Positions 27,194-37,704 of a stretch of DNA of 64,000 nt are shown here, in pieces (positions within the stretch are counted from its first letter, which is position 1; every line of letters starts with the position of its first letter). The stretch is from assembly GCA_963793895.1 (NCBI GenBank), contig CAWCBV010000004.1:304704-368703 (forward strand), read 5' to 3'. The DNA comes from an uncultured Gammaproteobacteria bacterium. GTDB taxonomy: Bacteria > Pseudomonadota > Gammaproteobacteria > Steroidobacterales > Steroidobacteraceae. Below the pieces are notes generated by a model. The model worked only from the letters and a program-made list of their open reading frames with translations. It ran no database searches and was not told the origin of the DNA. The position numbers and the translations under genes are program-made.

Positions 27194-28957
27194 ATGCCGG
27201 TATTGAATCACCCAGGGCGTCTCTGCGCCGCGGTTTGCGCGGCGGGACTTGCGCTCACACAGCTCGCCGCGTGCGCCAGTGTTCACCCGCAGAAGGCGCC
27301 CGCGCCGCCGGCAGGGGACTCCACCGCGCTCACGGTTTCCGCCGAAGTCGCTCTGAAGCGGGGCGACTGTCGCACCGCGTCCGAGGACTATGCGCAGGCC
27401 GCCGCCAGCGGGGATGCGGCGCTCGCGCGCCGCGCCGGGCAGGTGGCCATCGCCTGTGAGCACGTACCCGCCGCGTGGCAGGCCGCGAACCGCTGGCGGA
27501 CGCTGGCGCCGCAGGACGTAGGCGCCAACACCCTGTATGCCGCGGTTGCCCTGAAGCTTTATCGCACCGCCGACGCGCGCAACGCCATTGTCGAGATCCG
27601 TCGGGCGGTAGAGCGCGATATTGCCCCCGCGGCGGGCGCCGGCAGCCCTGCGGCGCATCCGGGCAAGGGCGCCGCCGCCGATCCGCTCGCGACCAACATG
27701 GCCGAGTTGGCGGCGCTGCTGCTCGAGGAAGCTGACGCTGCAGGGGTGTCGACGGCGATGAGCGGCGCGCTCGACGGGCCGCCGGCGCCCTCGGCGCCGA
27801 TCCAGCTGCTCCTGGGTGAACTCGCGCTCAGCGCCTACGACGGGCCGCGTGCGGAGAGCTACGCGCGCCAGGTGCTGGCGCGCAACGAAAAGGACCTCGC
27901 CGCGCTGCACGTGCTGGCGCGCGCCTGTCTCCTGCAGGGCCGTGCCACCGAGGCGATCGGAGCTGCGCGTGCGGCGATGGCCGCGGACCCCATCCGCGGC
28001 GGACTGGAGCTTGCCGAGACCCTCGCCGCGCTCAATCGCTACGAGGAGGCCCGGGCGCAACTCGAGCAGCTGCGCGCCCAGGGCGCGCAACCGGAGGAAA
28101 TAGACCGGCGCCTGGCGCTGCTCGCGTTCGATTCCGGCGATCTGCCGGACGCCAAGGCGCGCTTCACCAAGCTGTTGTCGAACGGCGAGCGCAACGACGG
28201 CGCGCAGCTGTATCTGGCCGACATCGAAGCGCGCGCCGGCGATGCGACCGGTGCGATCGCGGACTACCGGCGGCTGTACGATTCGAGCGTCGCGCTGCCC
28301 GCGCGCTCGCGTGCTGCGGCTCTGCTGCTCGATCGCAACGCGCACGCCGAAGCGCTCGCACTCCTGGACGACTACACCGCGGACCACCCGGAGCAGGAAC
28401 TCGATCTCACGCTCGCCAAGGCGCGCCTGCTCGCTGATCATGGCGACGCTAACTTAGGTCTGACAGTTCTCAGGGCGGAACTGGATCGCCATCCGCAGCA
28501 TCCCGCGATCGAGTACGACCGGGCGGTCATTCTCGAGCAGGCAGGACAGGTGCATGAGTCGGTATCGGCCCTGGAGCATCTGCTCGCTGAGCGGCCCGAG
28601 GATCCGACGCTGCTGAACGCCCTGGGCTATACGCTGGCCGATCACTCGCTGGAGCTCCCGCACGCTGAAACCCTCATCCGGCGGGCACTCGCGGTGATGC
28701 CCGACAGCCCGGCGGCACTCGACAGCCTCGGCTGGGTGCGTTTTCGCCAGGGGGATGCGGGCGGCGCGGCGCGCACGCTCGCCCACGCCTGGTCCGTCGG
28801 GCGCGACGCCGAAATCGCGGCGCACCTGGGGGAGGCGCTGTGGATGAGCGGCGAACACAGTGAAGCGCGCAAAGTCTGGGCCACCGCGCTCGCCCGCGAG
28901 CCGGATTCGAAACCCCTGAAGGCCACGGTAAAGCGGTTCCTGCCCGATGCCCCGTAA
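27194..28957 (+). CDS. TPR-repeat lipoprotein upstream of lolB
   Basis: The ATG at 27194 gives MPVLNHPGRLCAAVCAAGLALTQLAAC, which carries a lipobox. Multiple TPR-like repeats follow. The position before lolB-ispE matches many Gammaproteobacteria. Confidence 0.75.
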   Translation: MPVLNHPGRLCAAVCAAGLALTQLAACASVHPQKAPAPPAGDSTALTVSAEVALKRGDCRTASEDYAQAAASGDAALARRAGQVAIACEHVPAAWQAANRWRTLAPQDVGANTLYAAVALKLYRTADARNAIVEIRRAVERDIAPAAGAGSPAAHPGKGAAADPLATNMAELAALLLEEADAAGVSTAMSGALDGPPAPSAPIQLLLGELALSAYDGPRAESYARQVLARNEKDLAALHVLARACLLQGRATEAIGAARAAMAADPIRGGLELAETLAALNRYEEARAQLEQLRAQGAQPEEIDRRLALLAFDSGDLPDAKARFTKLLSNGERNDGAQLYLADIEARAGDATGAIADYRRLYDSSVALPARSRAAALLLDRNAHAEALALLDDYTADHPEQELDLTLAKARLLADHGDANLGLTVLRAELDRHPQHPAIEYDRAVILEQAGQVHESVSALEHLLAERPEDPTLLNALGYTLADHSLELPHAETLIRRALAVMPDSPAALDSLGWVRFRQGDAGGAARTLAHAWSVGRDAEIAAHLGEALWMSGEHSEARKVWATALAREPDSKPLKATVKRFLPDAP

Positions 28958-29543
28958 ACTCGCGGCGGCCCTCGGGGTCGCAGCGCTTGGGCTGATCGCG
29001 GGATGCCGCAGCTTGCCCGTCACGGCCCCGGCGGCGCTGTCGTGGGAGGCGCGCCGGCCGCAACTGCAGGCGCGGGAGCGCTTCGAACTCAAGGGCCGGG
29101 TCGCCATCGCCGTTGCCGACCAGGGTGTCAACGCAAACCTGCAGTGGATCCAGGCTGGCGAGCGCACGCAGGTCACGCTGGAAGGTCCGTTCGGTGTCGG
29201 CGCGGTGCGCATCAGCGCCGCCGGCAATGATCTCGCCATCGTCAACGCTGACGGGCGGCGCGTCGACAGCGACGCGGCGCACGCCGAGCTCACATCACGC
29301 CTGGGGTTTGATCCGCCGCTGCAGAGCCTGCGGTACTGGATCCAGGGTGTGCCGGATCCGGCAACGCCCGCGACCCAGACACTCGAGCCCGGCGAGCAGC
29401 GGCTGCAGGCGCTCGCGCAGGGTGGGTGGAGCATCCTTTACACCTCCTACACGCGGGTTGGAAATGAGTGGCTGCCGGCGCGCCTGACCGTGCAGCGCGA
29501 CACCGTGCGGGTCCGCTTGCTGGTGGACGGCTGGCGGTTGTGA
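28947..29543 (+). CDS. lolB: Outer-membrane lipoprotein receptor LolB
   Basis: 198 aa with lipobox LIAGC. Size and position before ispE fit LolB. Confidence 0.85.
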   Translation: MPRKLAAALGVAALGLIAGCRSLPVTAPAALSWEARRPQLQARERFELKGRVAIAVADQGVNANLQWIQAGERTQVTLEGPFGVGAVRISAAGNDLAIVNADGRRVDSDAAHAELTSRLGFDPPLQSLRYWIQGVPDPATPATQTLEPGEQRLQALAQGGWSILYTSYTRVGNEWLPARLTVQRDTVRVRLLVDGWRL

Positions 29544-30397
29544 TCGGTCCGCAGACTCATTGGCCAGCTCCTGCAAAACTCAACCTGTTCTTGCATGTCA
29601 CCGGGCGGCGCGCCGACGGTTACCACGAACTGCAGACGTTGTTTCAACTCATCGACCTGTGCGACAGCATCGCGATTGCGGTGCGCGAGGATGGCGCAAT
29701 CGAGCGCCCGGCCGGAGACCCCGGCGTAACGGTGGAGGCGGATCTGGCGGTCCGCGCGGCGCGCCTGCTCAAGAGCGCCACGGGCTCGCACCTCGGCGCG
29801 ACCCTGAAGGTACACAAACGAATCCCGCTCGGCGGGGGCCTGGGTGGGGGCAGCTCCGATGCAGCGACGGTGCTTGTGGCGCTGAATGAGCTGTGGGGGA
29901 CCCGGCTATCGTTGCCGGAACTGGCCGCCCTTGGGCTCACCCTGGGCGCCGATGTGCCTGTTTTTGTTCAAGGTTCTTCCGCTTTTGGGGAGGGCCTCGG
30001 CGAGCGGCTGACCCCCGTAACGCTGCCGGCCAAGTGGTACACCATTATCCATCCCGGGGTCGGCGTGAGTACCCGGGAGGTGTTCCAGAGCCCTGAATTG
30101 ACACGAAATTCGCCCGTCAGCACAATACGCGCCCTTTTGGATTCGGGCGGGCGGAACGACTGCGAGGCCGCGGTGCGTAAGCACGCTCCCGAAGTGGCGC
30201 AAGCCCTCGACTGGCTGGCGCGGTTTGGGCCCGCGCACCTGACGGGTACCGGCGCGTGTGTGTTTGCCGCGTGCGAGAGCGCGGCACAAGCCGAGCGCCT
30301 GGCCGCGCGGGTGCCGGATCGGTGGCTGAGCTTCGTGGCTCGTGGCCTGAACATATCGCCGGTGCACGAGCAGCTTTCGAACGCGCGGCGGGGTTGA
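29540..30397 (+). CDS. ispE: 4-diphosphocytidyl-2-C-methyl-D-erythritol kinase
   Basis: A GTG at 29540 overlaps the lolB stop. The N-terminus WPAPAKLNLFLHVTGRRADGYHEL and the GHMP motif PLGGGLGGGSSDAA are present. Confidence 0.92.
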   Translation: MIGPQTHWPAPAKLNLFLHVTGRRADGYHELQTLFQLIDLCDSIAIAVREDGAIERPAGDPGVTVEADLAVRAARLLKSATGSHLGATLKVHKRIPLGGGLGGGSSDAATVLVALNELWGTRLSLPELAALGLTLGADVPVFVQGSSAFGEGLGERLTPVTLPAKWYTIIHPGVGVSTREVFQSPELTRNSPVSTIRALLDSGGRNDCEAAVRKHAPEVAQALDWLARFGPAHLTGTGACVFAACESAAQAERLAARVPDRWLSFVARGLNISPVHEQLSNARRG

Positions 30398-30449
30398 GGC
30401 GGCTGTAAGATGCGCGCCCGCTCGCTCTTTACGCGTGGCGGTGCGGTGC

Positions 30450-30524
30450 TGGGGTGTCGCCAAGTGGTAAGGCAGCGGGTTTTGATCCCGCCATTCGGAG
30501 GTTCGAATCCTTCCACCCCAGCCA
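30450..30524 (+). tRNA. tRNA-Gln (anticodon TTG)
   Basis: 75 nt. The 7-bp acceptor stem is tggggtg/cacccca. The anticodon loop is tTTTGAt, the T-loop is GGTTCGAATCC, and CCA is encoded. Confidence 0.93.
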
Positions 30525-30567
30525 GTTTCTTAAGAGGGCGATACGCGCACGGCGCATTTAAGAAGAT

Positions 30568-31524
30568 ATGAGTACCGGCGATACATTCGCGCTGTTTGCG
30601 GGCAACGCCAACCCGGCGCTGGCCCAGGACATCGCGCGCGCCCTGCAGACCCCGCTCGGGCGGGCGTATGTCGGGCGCTTCAGCGACGGTGAGGTGAATG
30701 TCGAGCTGATGGAGAACGTGCGCGGGCGGGACGTGTTCATCGTGCAGTCGACCTGTCCGCCGGCGAACGACAGCCTGATGGAGCTTCTGGTGATGGTGGA
30801 CGCGGCGCGCCGTGCGTCCGCCGCGCGCATCACCGCGGTGGTGCCGTATTTTGGCTACTCGCGCCAGGATCGCCGCCCACGCGCGACGCGCTCGGCGATC
30901 ACGGCGAAGCTGGTCGCCAACATGGTGTCGAGCGCCGGGGTGAATCGCCTGCTGACGATCGATCTGCATTCGGATCAGATCCAGGGATTCTTCGACATCC
31001 CGGTGGACAACGTGTACGCCTCGCCGGTGATGCTCGGGGACGCCTGGAAGCAGGCGCACCGCGACGTCATCGTGGTGTCGCCGGATGTCGGCGGCGTGGC
31101 GCGCGCCCGGGCCTTCGCCAAGCGCCTGGACGACGCGGACCTGGCGATCATCGACAAGCGCCGTCCGCGGCCGAACGAGTCGAAGGTGATGAACATCATC
31201 GGCGAGGTCGAGGGCCGCACCTGCGTGCTGGTGGACGACATGGTCGACACCGCCGGCACCTTGTGCCAGGCGGCGCAGGCGCTGAAGGACGAGGGCGCGG
31301 CCAGGGTGTTGGCTTACATCACGCACCCGATTCTTTCCGGGGGCGCGGTCGAGAAGATATCGCAGTCGGCGCTCGATGAGCTGGTCGTGACGGACACGAT
31401 CCCCCTGAGCGCCGCGGCGAAGAGCGCGGGCCGCATCCGGCAATTGTCGGTGGCGGCGCTGCTCGCCGAGACCATCCGCCGCATCCGCGAAGAGGAGTCG
31501 GTGAGTTCGCTGTACGTCGATTGA
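30568..31524 (+). CDS. prs: Ribose-phosphate pyrophosphokinase
   Basis: 318 aa with the PRPP-binding loop [12 protein letters not shown] and a canonical N-terminus [14 protein letters not shown]. Confidence 0.96.
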   Translation: MSTGDTFALFAGNANPALAQDIARALQTPLGRAYVGRFSDGEVNVELMENVRGRDVFIVQSTCPPANDSLMELLVMVDAARRASAARITAVVPYFGYSRQDRRPRATRSAITAKLVANMVSSAGVNRLLTIDLHSDQIQGFFDIPVDNVYASPVMLGDAWKQAHRDVIVVSPDVGGVARARAFAKRLDDADLAIIDKRRPRPNESKVMNIIGEVEGRTCVLVDDMVDTAGTLCQAAQALKDEGAARVLAYITHPILSGGAVEKISQSALDELVVTDTIPLSAAAKSAGRIRQLSVAALLAETIRRIREEESVSSLYVD

Positions 31525-31596
31525 ATCGGGCAAAAGTTTTTGGGTGTGCGGGTTTGGTCGCGAACCGGCACGTGTTGTCACTAGTGGAGACTTGTA

Positions 31597-32400
31597 ATGC
31601 GTATTTCATTCACTTTCGGCGCGGACGCCCGCGAGATGCAAGGCAAAGGTGCGAGCCGCCGCCTGCGTCACACGGGCAAAGTTCCCGCCATCCTGTACGG
31701 CGCCCAGAAGGACGCCCAGGCCTTGATTCTTGATCAGCAGAACCTCCTCACCATGATCGGCGATGAGCGTTTCTACTCCTCGATCGTGCGGCTGAAGATC
31801 GGCGCGAGCACCCAGGAGGCGATCGTCAAGGATGTGCAGATGCATCCGGCGAAGAACCTCGTCGTGCACGTCGACCTGCAGCGCGTGGTCGAGAACGAGA
31901 AGATCCGTATCAGCCTGCCGATCCACTTCAAGGGCGCGAGCATCTCCCCGGGCGTGAAGACCGAAGGCGGCGTCGTATCGCACATGCGCGCCGACGTCGA
32001 GGTGTCGTGCCTGCCGAAGGATCTGCCGGAGTTCCTCGAGCTCGACATGTCCGGGATGGCCCTGAACGACACCAAGTTCATGGCGGACATTCCGCTGCCA
32101 CCTGGAGTTGCGATCCCCGAGCTCACGCAGCGCAATGCGCCGGTCGCCTCGATCCACGCGCCGCGCGCCGAGGAGCCGGAGCCGGTTGCCGCCGAGGCCG
32201 CCGCCGTGCCCGTCGAGGGTGCTGCAGCTCCTGCCACCGGAGCACCGGGAGCGCCGGGCACGCCGAGCGCGCCGGGCGCCGCGCCTGCCGCGGGCGCGGC
32301 CGGGGCCCCGGCCGCTGGCGATGCCAAGAAGGGCGAGGAGAAGAAGGAAGCCGCTTCTGCCAAGGCCGCTCCTGCCAAGAAGGAGGGCGGCAAGAAGTAG
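31597..32400 (+). CDS. rplY: 50S ribosomal protein L25/general stress protein Ctc, with a long Ala/Pro/Gly/Lys-rich tail
   Basis: The N-terminal 190 aa is a Ctc-type L25 (RRLRHTGKVPAILYG). The C-terminal stretch of about 75 aa is low complexity. Confidence 0.9.
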   Translation: MRISFTFGADAREMQGKGASRRLRHTGKVPAILYGAQKDAQALILDQQNLLTMIGDERFYSSIVRLKIGASTQEAIVKDVQMHPAKNLVVHVDLQRVVENEKIRISLPIHFKGASISPGVKTEGGVVSHMRADVEVSCLPKDLPEFLELDMSGMALNDTKFMADIPLPPGVAIPELTQRNAPVASIHAPRAEEPEPVAAEAAAVPVEGAAAPATGAPGAPGTPSAPGAAPAAGAAGAPAAGDAKKGEEKKEAASAKAAPAKKEGGKK

Positions 32401-32427
32401 CCGCCGCACCAGCGGAAAGATCGTCCG

Positions 32428-32458
32428 CCGGCCGCTTTAGCAACACTGAAGCGGCCGG
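32428..32458 (+). terminator. Perfect 10-bp hairpin after rplY (putative attenuator or weak intrinsic terminator)
   Basis: Stem ccggccgctt / aagcggccgg with an 11-nt loop. It is followed by tggcgtttctg, only a modest U-tract. Confidence 0.4.
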
Positions 32459-32485
32459 TGGCGTTTCTGCGGGTGAGTCAACGAC

Positions 32486-33115
32486 ATGACAGGTGAATCG
32501 CTCAAGCTGATCGTCGGGCTCGGGAATCCGGGCACCGAGTACGCGCGCACCCGGCACAACGCCGGCTTCCAGTTCGCCGACGAGCTGGCGCGCCGGCACG
32601 GCGCCACGTTCCGCAGCGAACCGCGGCATCGTGGGGAAGTTGCGCGCGTGCGCGTCGCCGACACCGAGCTGTGGTTGCTGAAGCCCATGAGCTACATGAA
32701 TCACAGCGGCGATCCGGTGCGCAGCGTCGCGAGCTTCTACAAGGTGCCGGTGGAGGCGCTGCTGGTCGCCTATGACGAGCTGGATTTTCCGGCCGGGGTC
32801 GTGCGCCTCAGACAGGGCGGCGGCGCCGCCGGCCACAACGGCATGCGCGATGTGATCGCCCAGATGGGGGATGGTTTCTGGCGGCTGCGGATCGGCATCG
32901 GCCATCCGGGCGATCGTTCGCAGGTGCTGGATTACGTGTTGGGCCGTCCGGGCGCCGCCGATACGCAGCTCATGCAGGATGCGATTGCCGCGGCCGCCGA
33001 CATCGTGCCAGTGCTCATGCAGGACGGCGCGCAGCCGGCGATGAATCGCCTGCACGGCCGCGATCCCGCGCCGGGCACCGATACGCCGGACGCCGCACCC
33101 GCGGGCAAGTCCTGA
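32486..33115 (+). CDS. pth: Peptidyl-tRNA hydrolase
   Basis: 209 aa. [21 protein letters not shown] is the canonical Pth N-terminus. Confidence 0.95.
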   Translation: MTGESLKLIVGLGNPGTEYARTRHNAGFQFADELARRHGATFRSEPRHRGEVARVRVADTELWLLKPMSYMNHSGDPVRSVASFYKVPVEALLVAYDELDFPAGVVRLRQGGGAAGHNGMRDVIAQMGDGFWRLRIGIGHPGDRSQVLDYVLGRPGAADTQLMQDAIAAAADIVPVLMQDGAQPAMNRLHGRDPAPGTDTPDAAPAGKS

Positions 33116-33116
33116 C

Positions 33117-34208
33117 ATGCCGATCCGCTGCGGCATCGTCGGTCTTCCGAACGTCGGCAAGTCGACGCTCTTCAACGCGCTGACACGCGCGCAGATCGCG
33201 GCCGAGAACTATCCGTTCTGCACCATCGATCCGAACGTCGGCGTCGTGCCGGTGCCCGATCCGCGCCTCGCACAACTGGCCGCAATCGCCAGGCCGGAAA
33301 AGATCATGCCGACGACGGTGGAGTTCGTCGACATCGCGGGACTGGTCGCCGGCGCCTCGCAGGGCGAGGGGCTCGGCAACCAGTTTCTGTCGCACATCCG
33401 CGAGGTGGATGCGATCGCGCACGTCGTGCGCTGCTTCGAGAGCACCGACGTCATTCACGTGGCCGGCCGCATCGATCCGCTGTCGGACGTGGAGATCATC
33501 GACACGGAACTGGCGCTGGCGGATCTGGCCACGCTCGACAAGGGCCTCGAGCGCGCCACCAAGGCGGCCAAGAGCGGCGACAAGGATGCCGTCCGCCGCC
33601 GCGCACTGTTTGAGCGCGTCAAGGTGCAGCTGGATGCGGTGAAGCCGGTGCGTGCGCTCACGCTCACCGAGGAAGAGCGCCGCGATCTGCGCGAGCTGCA
33701 GCTGCTGACCGCGAAGCCGGTGATGTTCGTCGCCAACGTGGCCGAAAACGGCTTCACCAACAACCCGCTGCTGGCGGCGCTCGCAAAGCGTGCCGCCACG
33801 GAAGGCGCCATAGTGGTTGCGGTGTGCGCGGCGATCGAGGCGGAAATCGCCCAGCTGGAAGACGCCGACCGCGCCGACTTTCTCACCGAGCTGGGACTTG
33901 CGGAACCCGGGCTCAACCGCGTGATCCGCGCCGCCTATACCCTGCTCGGCCTGGAGACTTTCTTCACCGCCGGACCCAAGGAAGTGCGGGCCTGGACCGT
34001 TCGCATCGGCGCCACCGCGCCGCAGGCGGCGGGTGTGATTCACACCGACTTCGAGCGCGGCTTTATCCGCGCCGAAGTGATCGCGTTTGCGGACTACATC
34101 GCCGGTAAGGGCGAGGCGGGAGCCAAGGACGCCGGCAAACTGCGACTCGAGGGCAAGGAGTACATCGTCCAGGAAGCGGACGTCATGCACTTCAGGTTCA
34201 ATGTCTGA
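33117..34208 (+). CDS. ychF: Redox-regulated ribosome-binding ATPase YchF
   Basis: 363 aa with G1 [18 protein letters not shown], the Obg-like GTPase fold and a TGS domain. It follows pth as usual. Confidence 0.96.
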   Translation: MPIRCGIVGLPNVGKSTLFNALTRAQIAAENYPFCTIDPNVGVVPVPDPRLAQLAAIARPEKIMPTTVEFVDIAGLVAGASQGEGLGNQFLSHIREVDAIAHVVRCFESTDVIHVAGRIDPLSDVEIIDTELALADLATLDKGLERATKAAKSGDKDAVRRRALFERVKVQLDAVKPVRALTLTEEERRDLRELQLLTAKPVMFVANVAENGFTNNPLLAALAKRAATEGAIVVAVCAAIEAEIAQLEDADRADFLTELGLAEPGLNRVIRAAYTLLGLETFFTAGPKEVRAWTVRIGATAPQAAGVIHTDFERGFIRAEVIAFADYIAGKGEAGAKDAGKLRLEGKEYIVQEADVMHFRFNV

Positions 34209-34226
34209 AGCGCCTTGCGGCGGCAC

Positions 34227-35324
34227 TCAACCCTTGCCGTGGTCCAGGTGCCAGGCGCGCAGCGTGTCGGCCTCTTTCTGCGGGTCGAGGCCGGCACGCA
34301 GCTTCGCCTGCCGCTCCGCCGGGAGTGTCTGAAACCACGCCAGCGTGTCGCGCACCGTGATCGCAAGCGGGCGCGAGCGCAGCCCTGTCTTCACGGCCGG
34401 CTGCACCGAAGTCAGTGACGCGCCGGCCGTGTCGCCCTTCACCGGCGACCACGGCGGCAGGTCGAGCTCCTCGGCTTTCCAGTGCGCGGCAAGAAAATCC
34501 TCCGCGACCCAGGTGACCGTCGTGCCGGCGCCCGGCGTCGCGCGCTGGCTTGCCGTGATGAGCTCACCCATGGTGAACGCACCGGCGGGCGAATCCGCGT
34601 TGAAGTAACCGCTGGTGCGCGACTCGACCAGATTCATCATCCAGGCGGTGAGGTCGCGCACATCGATGACCTGCACCGGATCGCGCGGCGTGCCCGGCGC
34701 CAGCATCTCGCCGCCTTTTGAGGCGCGCACCGGCCAGTAGGTGAAGCGGTCGCTGCGGTCGAGCGGCCCCACGATGTAGCCGGGCCGGACGATGCTGCTG
34801 CGCCCGTTGAAGGCCGCCGCCGAGTACTGCTCGCACAGCGCTTTCATGGGTCCGTAGCTATCGTTGGTGACTTCTTCAATATCCGGATTTGACAGCGTCC
34901 CGGTGGGCGAGTGCTCGTCGTTGGGTTTTGCGAAGCTCGCATAGACCGAGATGCTCGAGATGAACAGGCAGTAGCCGACGTTCGGAGCCAGGAGCTCCGC
35001 GGACATCTTCACGTATTTCGGGATGTAGCCGGTGTCGTCGACCACCGCATCCCACTTGCGCCCGCGCAGTGCGTCGAGCTTACCCTTGCGATCGCCGAGC
35101 AGTGTTTCGACACCGGTGACGCCGTCCGCGGCGGTCTTGCCGCGGTTGAAATGCGTCACTTTCCAGCCGCGGCGCAGCGCCTCCTGCGTCAGGTGCGGGC
35201 CGATGAAACCGGTACCGCCGAGGATCAACAGCGTCCCCGGCCGGGGGGCGGCCAGGGCGGCCGGCAGCGCAGCGCTCGTCGAGAGCCAGGCGGCCATCTG
35301 CAAAACGTCACGGCGGGATCTCAT
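34227..35324 (-). CDS. NAD(P)-binding epimerase/dehydratase (SDR) family protein with a twin-arginine signal
   Basis: The ATG at 35324 gives MRSRRDVLQMAAWLSTSAALPAALAA, a Tat-like signal. It is followed by the Rossmann motif LILGGTGFIGPHL. The ORF-track start at 35456 adds an Arg-rich leader that is unlikely to be real. Confidence 0.75.
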   Translation of the reverse strand: MRSRRDVLQMAAWLSTSAALPAALAAPRPGTLLILGGTGFIGPHLTQEALRRGWKVTHFNRGKTAADGVTGVETLLGDRKGKLDALRGRKWDAVVDDTGYIPKYVKMSAELLAPNVGYCLFISSISVYASFAKPNDEHSPTGTLSNPDIEEVTNDSYGPMKALCEQYSAAAFNGRSSIVRPGYIVGPLDRSDRFTYWPVRASKGGEMLAPGTPRDPVQVIDVRDLTAWMMNLVESRTSGYFNADSPAGAFTMGELITASQRATPGAGTTVTWVAEDFLAAHWKAEELDLPPWSPVKGDTAGASLTSVQPAVKTGLRSRPLAITVRDTLAWFQTLPAERQAKLRAGLDPQKEADTLRAWHLDHGKG

Positions 35325-35470
35325 GGGGGTGTCCGATCTGGCGGCTTTGCCGATGGTCCTAGACTGTGCGATTGCCCGGGTGCGGGCAATATCGCGAGGA
35401 GCACGCCGCCCGGCGCCGGTCGCAGGTTTGACACGCCCTGCCGAGGGTGAGGACAATGCGCGCCCCCGAT

Positions 35471-35547
35471 GGAAAGGTAGCTCAGCTGGTTAGAGCACGG
35501 CACTCATAATGCCGGGGTCGAGGGTTCGAGTCCCTCCCTTTCCACCA
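35471..35547 (+). tRNA. tRNA-Met (anticodon CAT, elongator-like)
   Basis: 77 nt. The acceptor stem is ggaaagg/cctttcc. The anticodon stem-loop is cggca-CTCATAA-tgccg. The T-arm is gaggg-TTCGAGT-ccctc and CCA is encoded. Lysidine-modified tRNA-Ile2 cannot be excluded from sequence alone. Confidence 0.9.
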
Positions 35548-35726
35548 CAATTCATGGGGCACGCTTGCGACGTCAGCCCATTTCCTGTTGGTTGTTCGGG
35601 CTGTGAATCCTCGTCAGGGGCCGGTTCGCGGGACGGCACGCCGGTGCAGCTGACACCGGACGCCGCGTGCGATGTTCTCGGCCAACGCGCTGCGGAACTG
35701 CGCGATGGACCGCAGTGACGCCAGGT

Positions 35727-35972
35727 CTAGGCTTTCTTCAAGAGCCGGGTGATCCACACAAGGAGCACCGCACCTATGAAGGCGACGATAATCGAGCCGA
35801 CCATTCCTCCGCCGGGCCAGATACCCAACATTCCGAAAACCCAGCCCCCGACGATGCCGCCCAGGATTCCCAGGATGATGTCAACCAAGACGCCGTAGCC
35901 GCCGCCCTTCATGACCTGGCCTGCAAGCCATCCGGCAATGAGTCCCACGATAATCCAGTACACCAAACCCAT
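35727..35972 (-). CDS. GlsB/YeaQ/YmgE-family (transglycosylase-associated) stress membrane protein
   Basis: The ATG at 35972 has a GGAGGG RBS. The 81-aa product MGLVYWIIVGLIAGWLAGQVMKGGGYG... is the typical Gly-zipper small membrane protein. Confidence 0.85.
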   Translation of the reverse strand: MGLVYWIIVGLIAGWLAGQVMKGGGYGVLVDIILGILGGIVGGWVFGMLGIWPGGGMVGSIIVAFIGAVLLVWITRLLKKA

Positions 35973-36078
35973 AAATCGACCCTCCGTTTTTTGTCTTTTT
36001 GCAAAGCTAGACAGCGTTGCAGTTCCCAGCCCCAGTATCGCACTCCTTTGTGAAAAGGGGTGGACGGAACGCCGACGG

Positions 36079-36615
36079 TCAGCGATAAGACTGTTCGTGC
36101 AGGTCTGCGACATAGGTCAGCGCGCCACCTACGACCCGCGCCGGCGATGTCATCGGATGCACGACGTTGTGTTTAGCATCGAGGATGTGCACGACCTCTA
36201 TGCCGCGCACGCTGAGCGCGTCGGCGATCATCGAGCGATGGCAGCGCCACCAGACCGCTTCTGCGCACATTATTGCGGTGCGCGCCTGAGCCGCCAGGTG
36301 TATGAGCTGGCCCAGCCCCTGCGCGAATTCCGGACTCGACATGTAGTCGGCATAGCCGCGAAACGAGGCATTGCGCCAGGCTGTGTTCGGCGAATCGGGT
36401 GAAACCCGCCGACGGCCGCCCAGCGCAGGCAACCAGTCATAGCCGATGCCGTGTCCGGCGAGCGTCGTCGCAAGTGCTTCCCTGCCGTATTGCGGATATT
36501 TCCGCGAACCGGGGAAGCTGCGCACGTCGGCGATGGTCTCCATGCGGGCTCCGGAGAGCAGGCCGAGGAACTCCTCGATCGCACGCGTGGAGTGCCCGAT
36601 CGTCCAGATTGTCAT
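36079..36615 (-). CDS. DUF488-family protein
   Basis: MTIWTIGHSTRAIEEFLGLL...FPGSRKYPQY matches the DUF488 N-terminal signature. An alternative start at 36645 lies 3 nt after the upstream stop. Confidence 0.75.
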   Translation of the reverse strand: MTIWTIGHSTRAIEEFLGLLSGARMETIADVRSFPGSRKYPQYGREALATTLAGHGIGYDWLPALGGRRRVSPDSPNTAWRNASFRGYADYMSSPEFAQGLGQLIHLAAQARTAIMCAEAVWWRCHRSMIADALSVRGIEVVHILDAKHNVVHPMTSPARVVGGALTYVADLHEQSYR

Positions 36616-36648
36616 CCGCGCTGCTAAAGCCGCTGAGGGTGACATCGG

Positions 36649-36861
36649 TCAGTCGATCTTGTGCAGCGCCCCGTCTTTGTGCATCGCGACGTGGTCGGTT
36701 TTGTCGCTCTTGATCTCGTACTGTGGGTCATCCGCGCTGGCGTGGTGCGTATAACCCTTGTAGTCGGTGTTCTTCTTGTGCACCTTGATGATTTTGCCGC
36801 TGACGTGGCCTGCTTCCGAGTTCCAGCGCACGTGATCGCCTACTTTAAATTTTGTGGTCAT
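36649..36861 (-). CDS. DUF2945 (HVA1/TUDOR-like) small protein
   Basis: 70 aa. KVGDHVRWNSEAGHVSGKIIKVH...DDPQYEIKSDKTDHVAMHK is the typical family pattern. Confidence 0.75.
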   Translation of the reverse strand: MTTKFKVGDHVRWNSEAGHVSGKIIKVHKKNTDYKGYTHHASADDPQYEIKSDKTDHVAMHKDGALHKID

Positions 36862-37215
36862 AGGAATAACTCCTCCCGGAAGGTGAGAACATCAGGGCAG
36901 CAAAGCCTTCGCGCGCGCATAGACATTGTAGATGGTGAACCGGTATTCGCGCAGCACCGTGCAGCTGATCCGGGATCGCGAGTGACGGCTCATGGCCGGT
37001 CAGCGACCGTCGATTTCAACCGACCCACCGACTCATTCGCACCATTGATGATCGTCCGGCTTGCCTGAGCCTCCATCAGAAATGCACTCGGCCGACAACA
37101 ACGGGGTTTACGATGCGCTTACGCTCTGGGAGCAGCTCCGCATCCGCAGACGCGAGAAGTCCCGGTGGCGACGCTCCGGTCGCCGGCCACAACGCCGCCT
37201 GCACTAACGTGTACT

Positions 37216-37704
37216 CTAAGCGCGAGCAGTTCCGCGCCATGCCGCTTCGATGGCGGCGATGTCGATCTTTTTCATTTTCATCATCGCCTCGAACGCGCGC
37301 TTGGCGGCCGCACGGTCGGAGTCGGTCGTTGCGTCCAGCAGCGTCCGCGGGGTGATCTGCCAGGACAAGCCCCATCTGTCCTTGCACCATCCGCACGCGC
37401 TTTCGGTGCCGCCGTTGTTGACGATCGCGTTCCAGTAGCGGTCCGTCTCGGCCTGGTTATCGGTGACGATCTGAAATGAAAAGGCCTCGGAGTGCTTGAA
37501 CGCCGGGCCGCCATTGAGGCCGAGGCAGGGCACTCCAAGTACCGTAAATTCGACCGTGAGCACCTGTCCCTGTTTGCCGGCAGGGTAGTCGCCCGGGGCG
37601 CCGTGGACCGCTATCACGGTGCTGTCCGGAAAGGTCTGAGCGTAGAACCTGGCGGCATCCTCTGCTGTGCCGTCATACCAAAGACAAATCACGTTCTTGG
37701 CCAT
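37216..37704 (-). CDS. VOC-superfamily protein (PhnB / 3-demethylubiquinone-9 3-methyltransferase-like domain)
   Basis: 162 aa. Contains ICLWYDGTAEDAARFYAQTF...GWCKDRWGLSWQI, characteristic of this glyoxalase-fold family. Confidence 0.75.
   Translation of the reverse strand: MAKNVICLWYDGTAEDAARFYAQTFPDSTVIAVHGAPGDYPAGKQGQVLTVEFTVLGVPCLGLNGGPAFKHSEAFSFQIVTDNQAETDRYWNAIVNNGGTESACGWCKDRWGLSWQITPRTLLDATTDSDRAAAKRAFEAMMKMKKIDIAAIEAAWRGTARA

Noticed and set aside
31606-32409. 267-aa and 206-aa minus-strand ORFs opposite rplY
   Set aside because: They are generated by the GC-rich Ala/Pro/Gly tail region of the Ctc gene read in antisense. They are low complexity and carry no independent signals.
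35509-35718. ORFs starting MPGSRVRVPPFPP..., also embedded in 47478-47855 and 57036-57314
   Set aside because: The shared peptide is simply the translation of the tRNA-Met 3' half and its repeats. These are not protein-coding genes.
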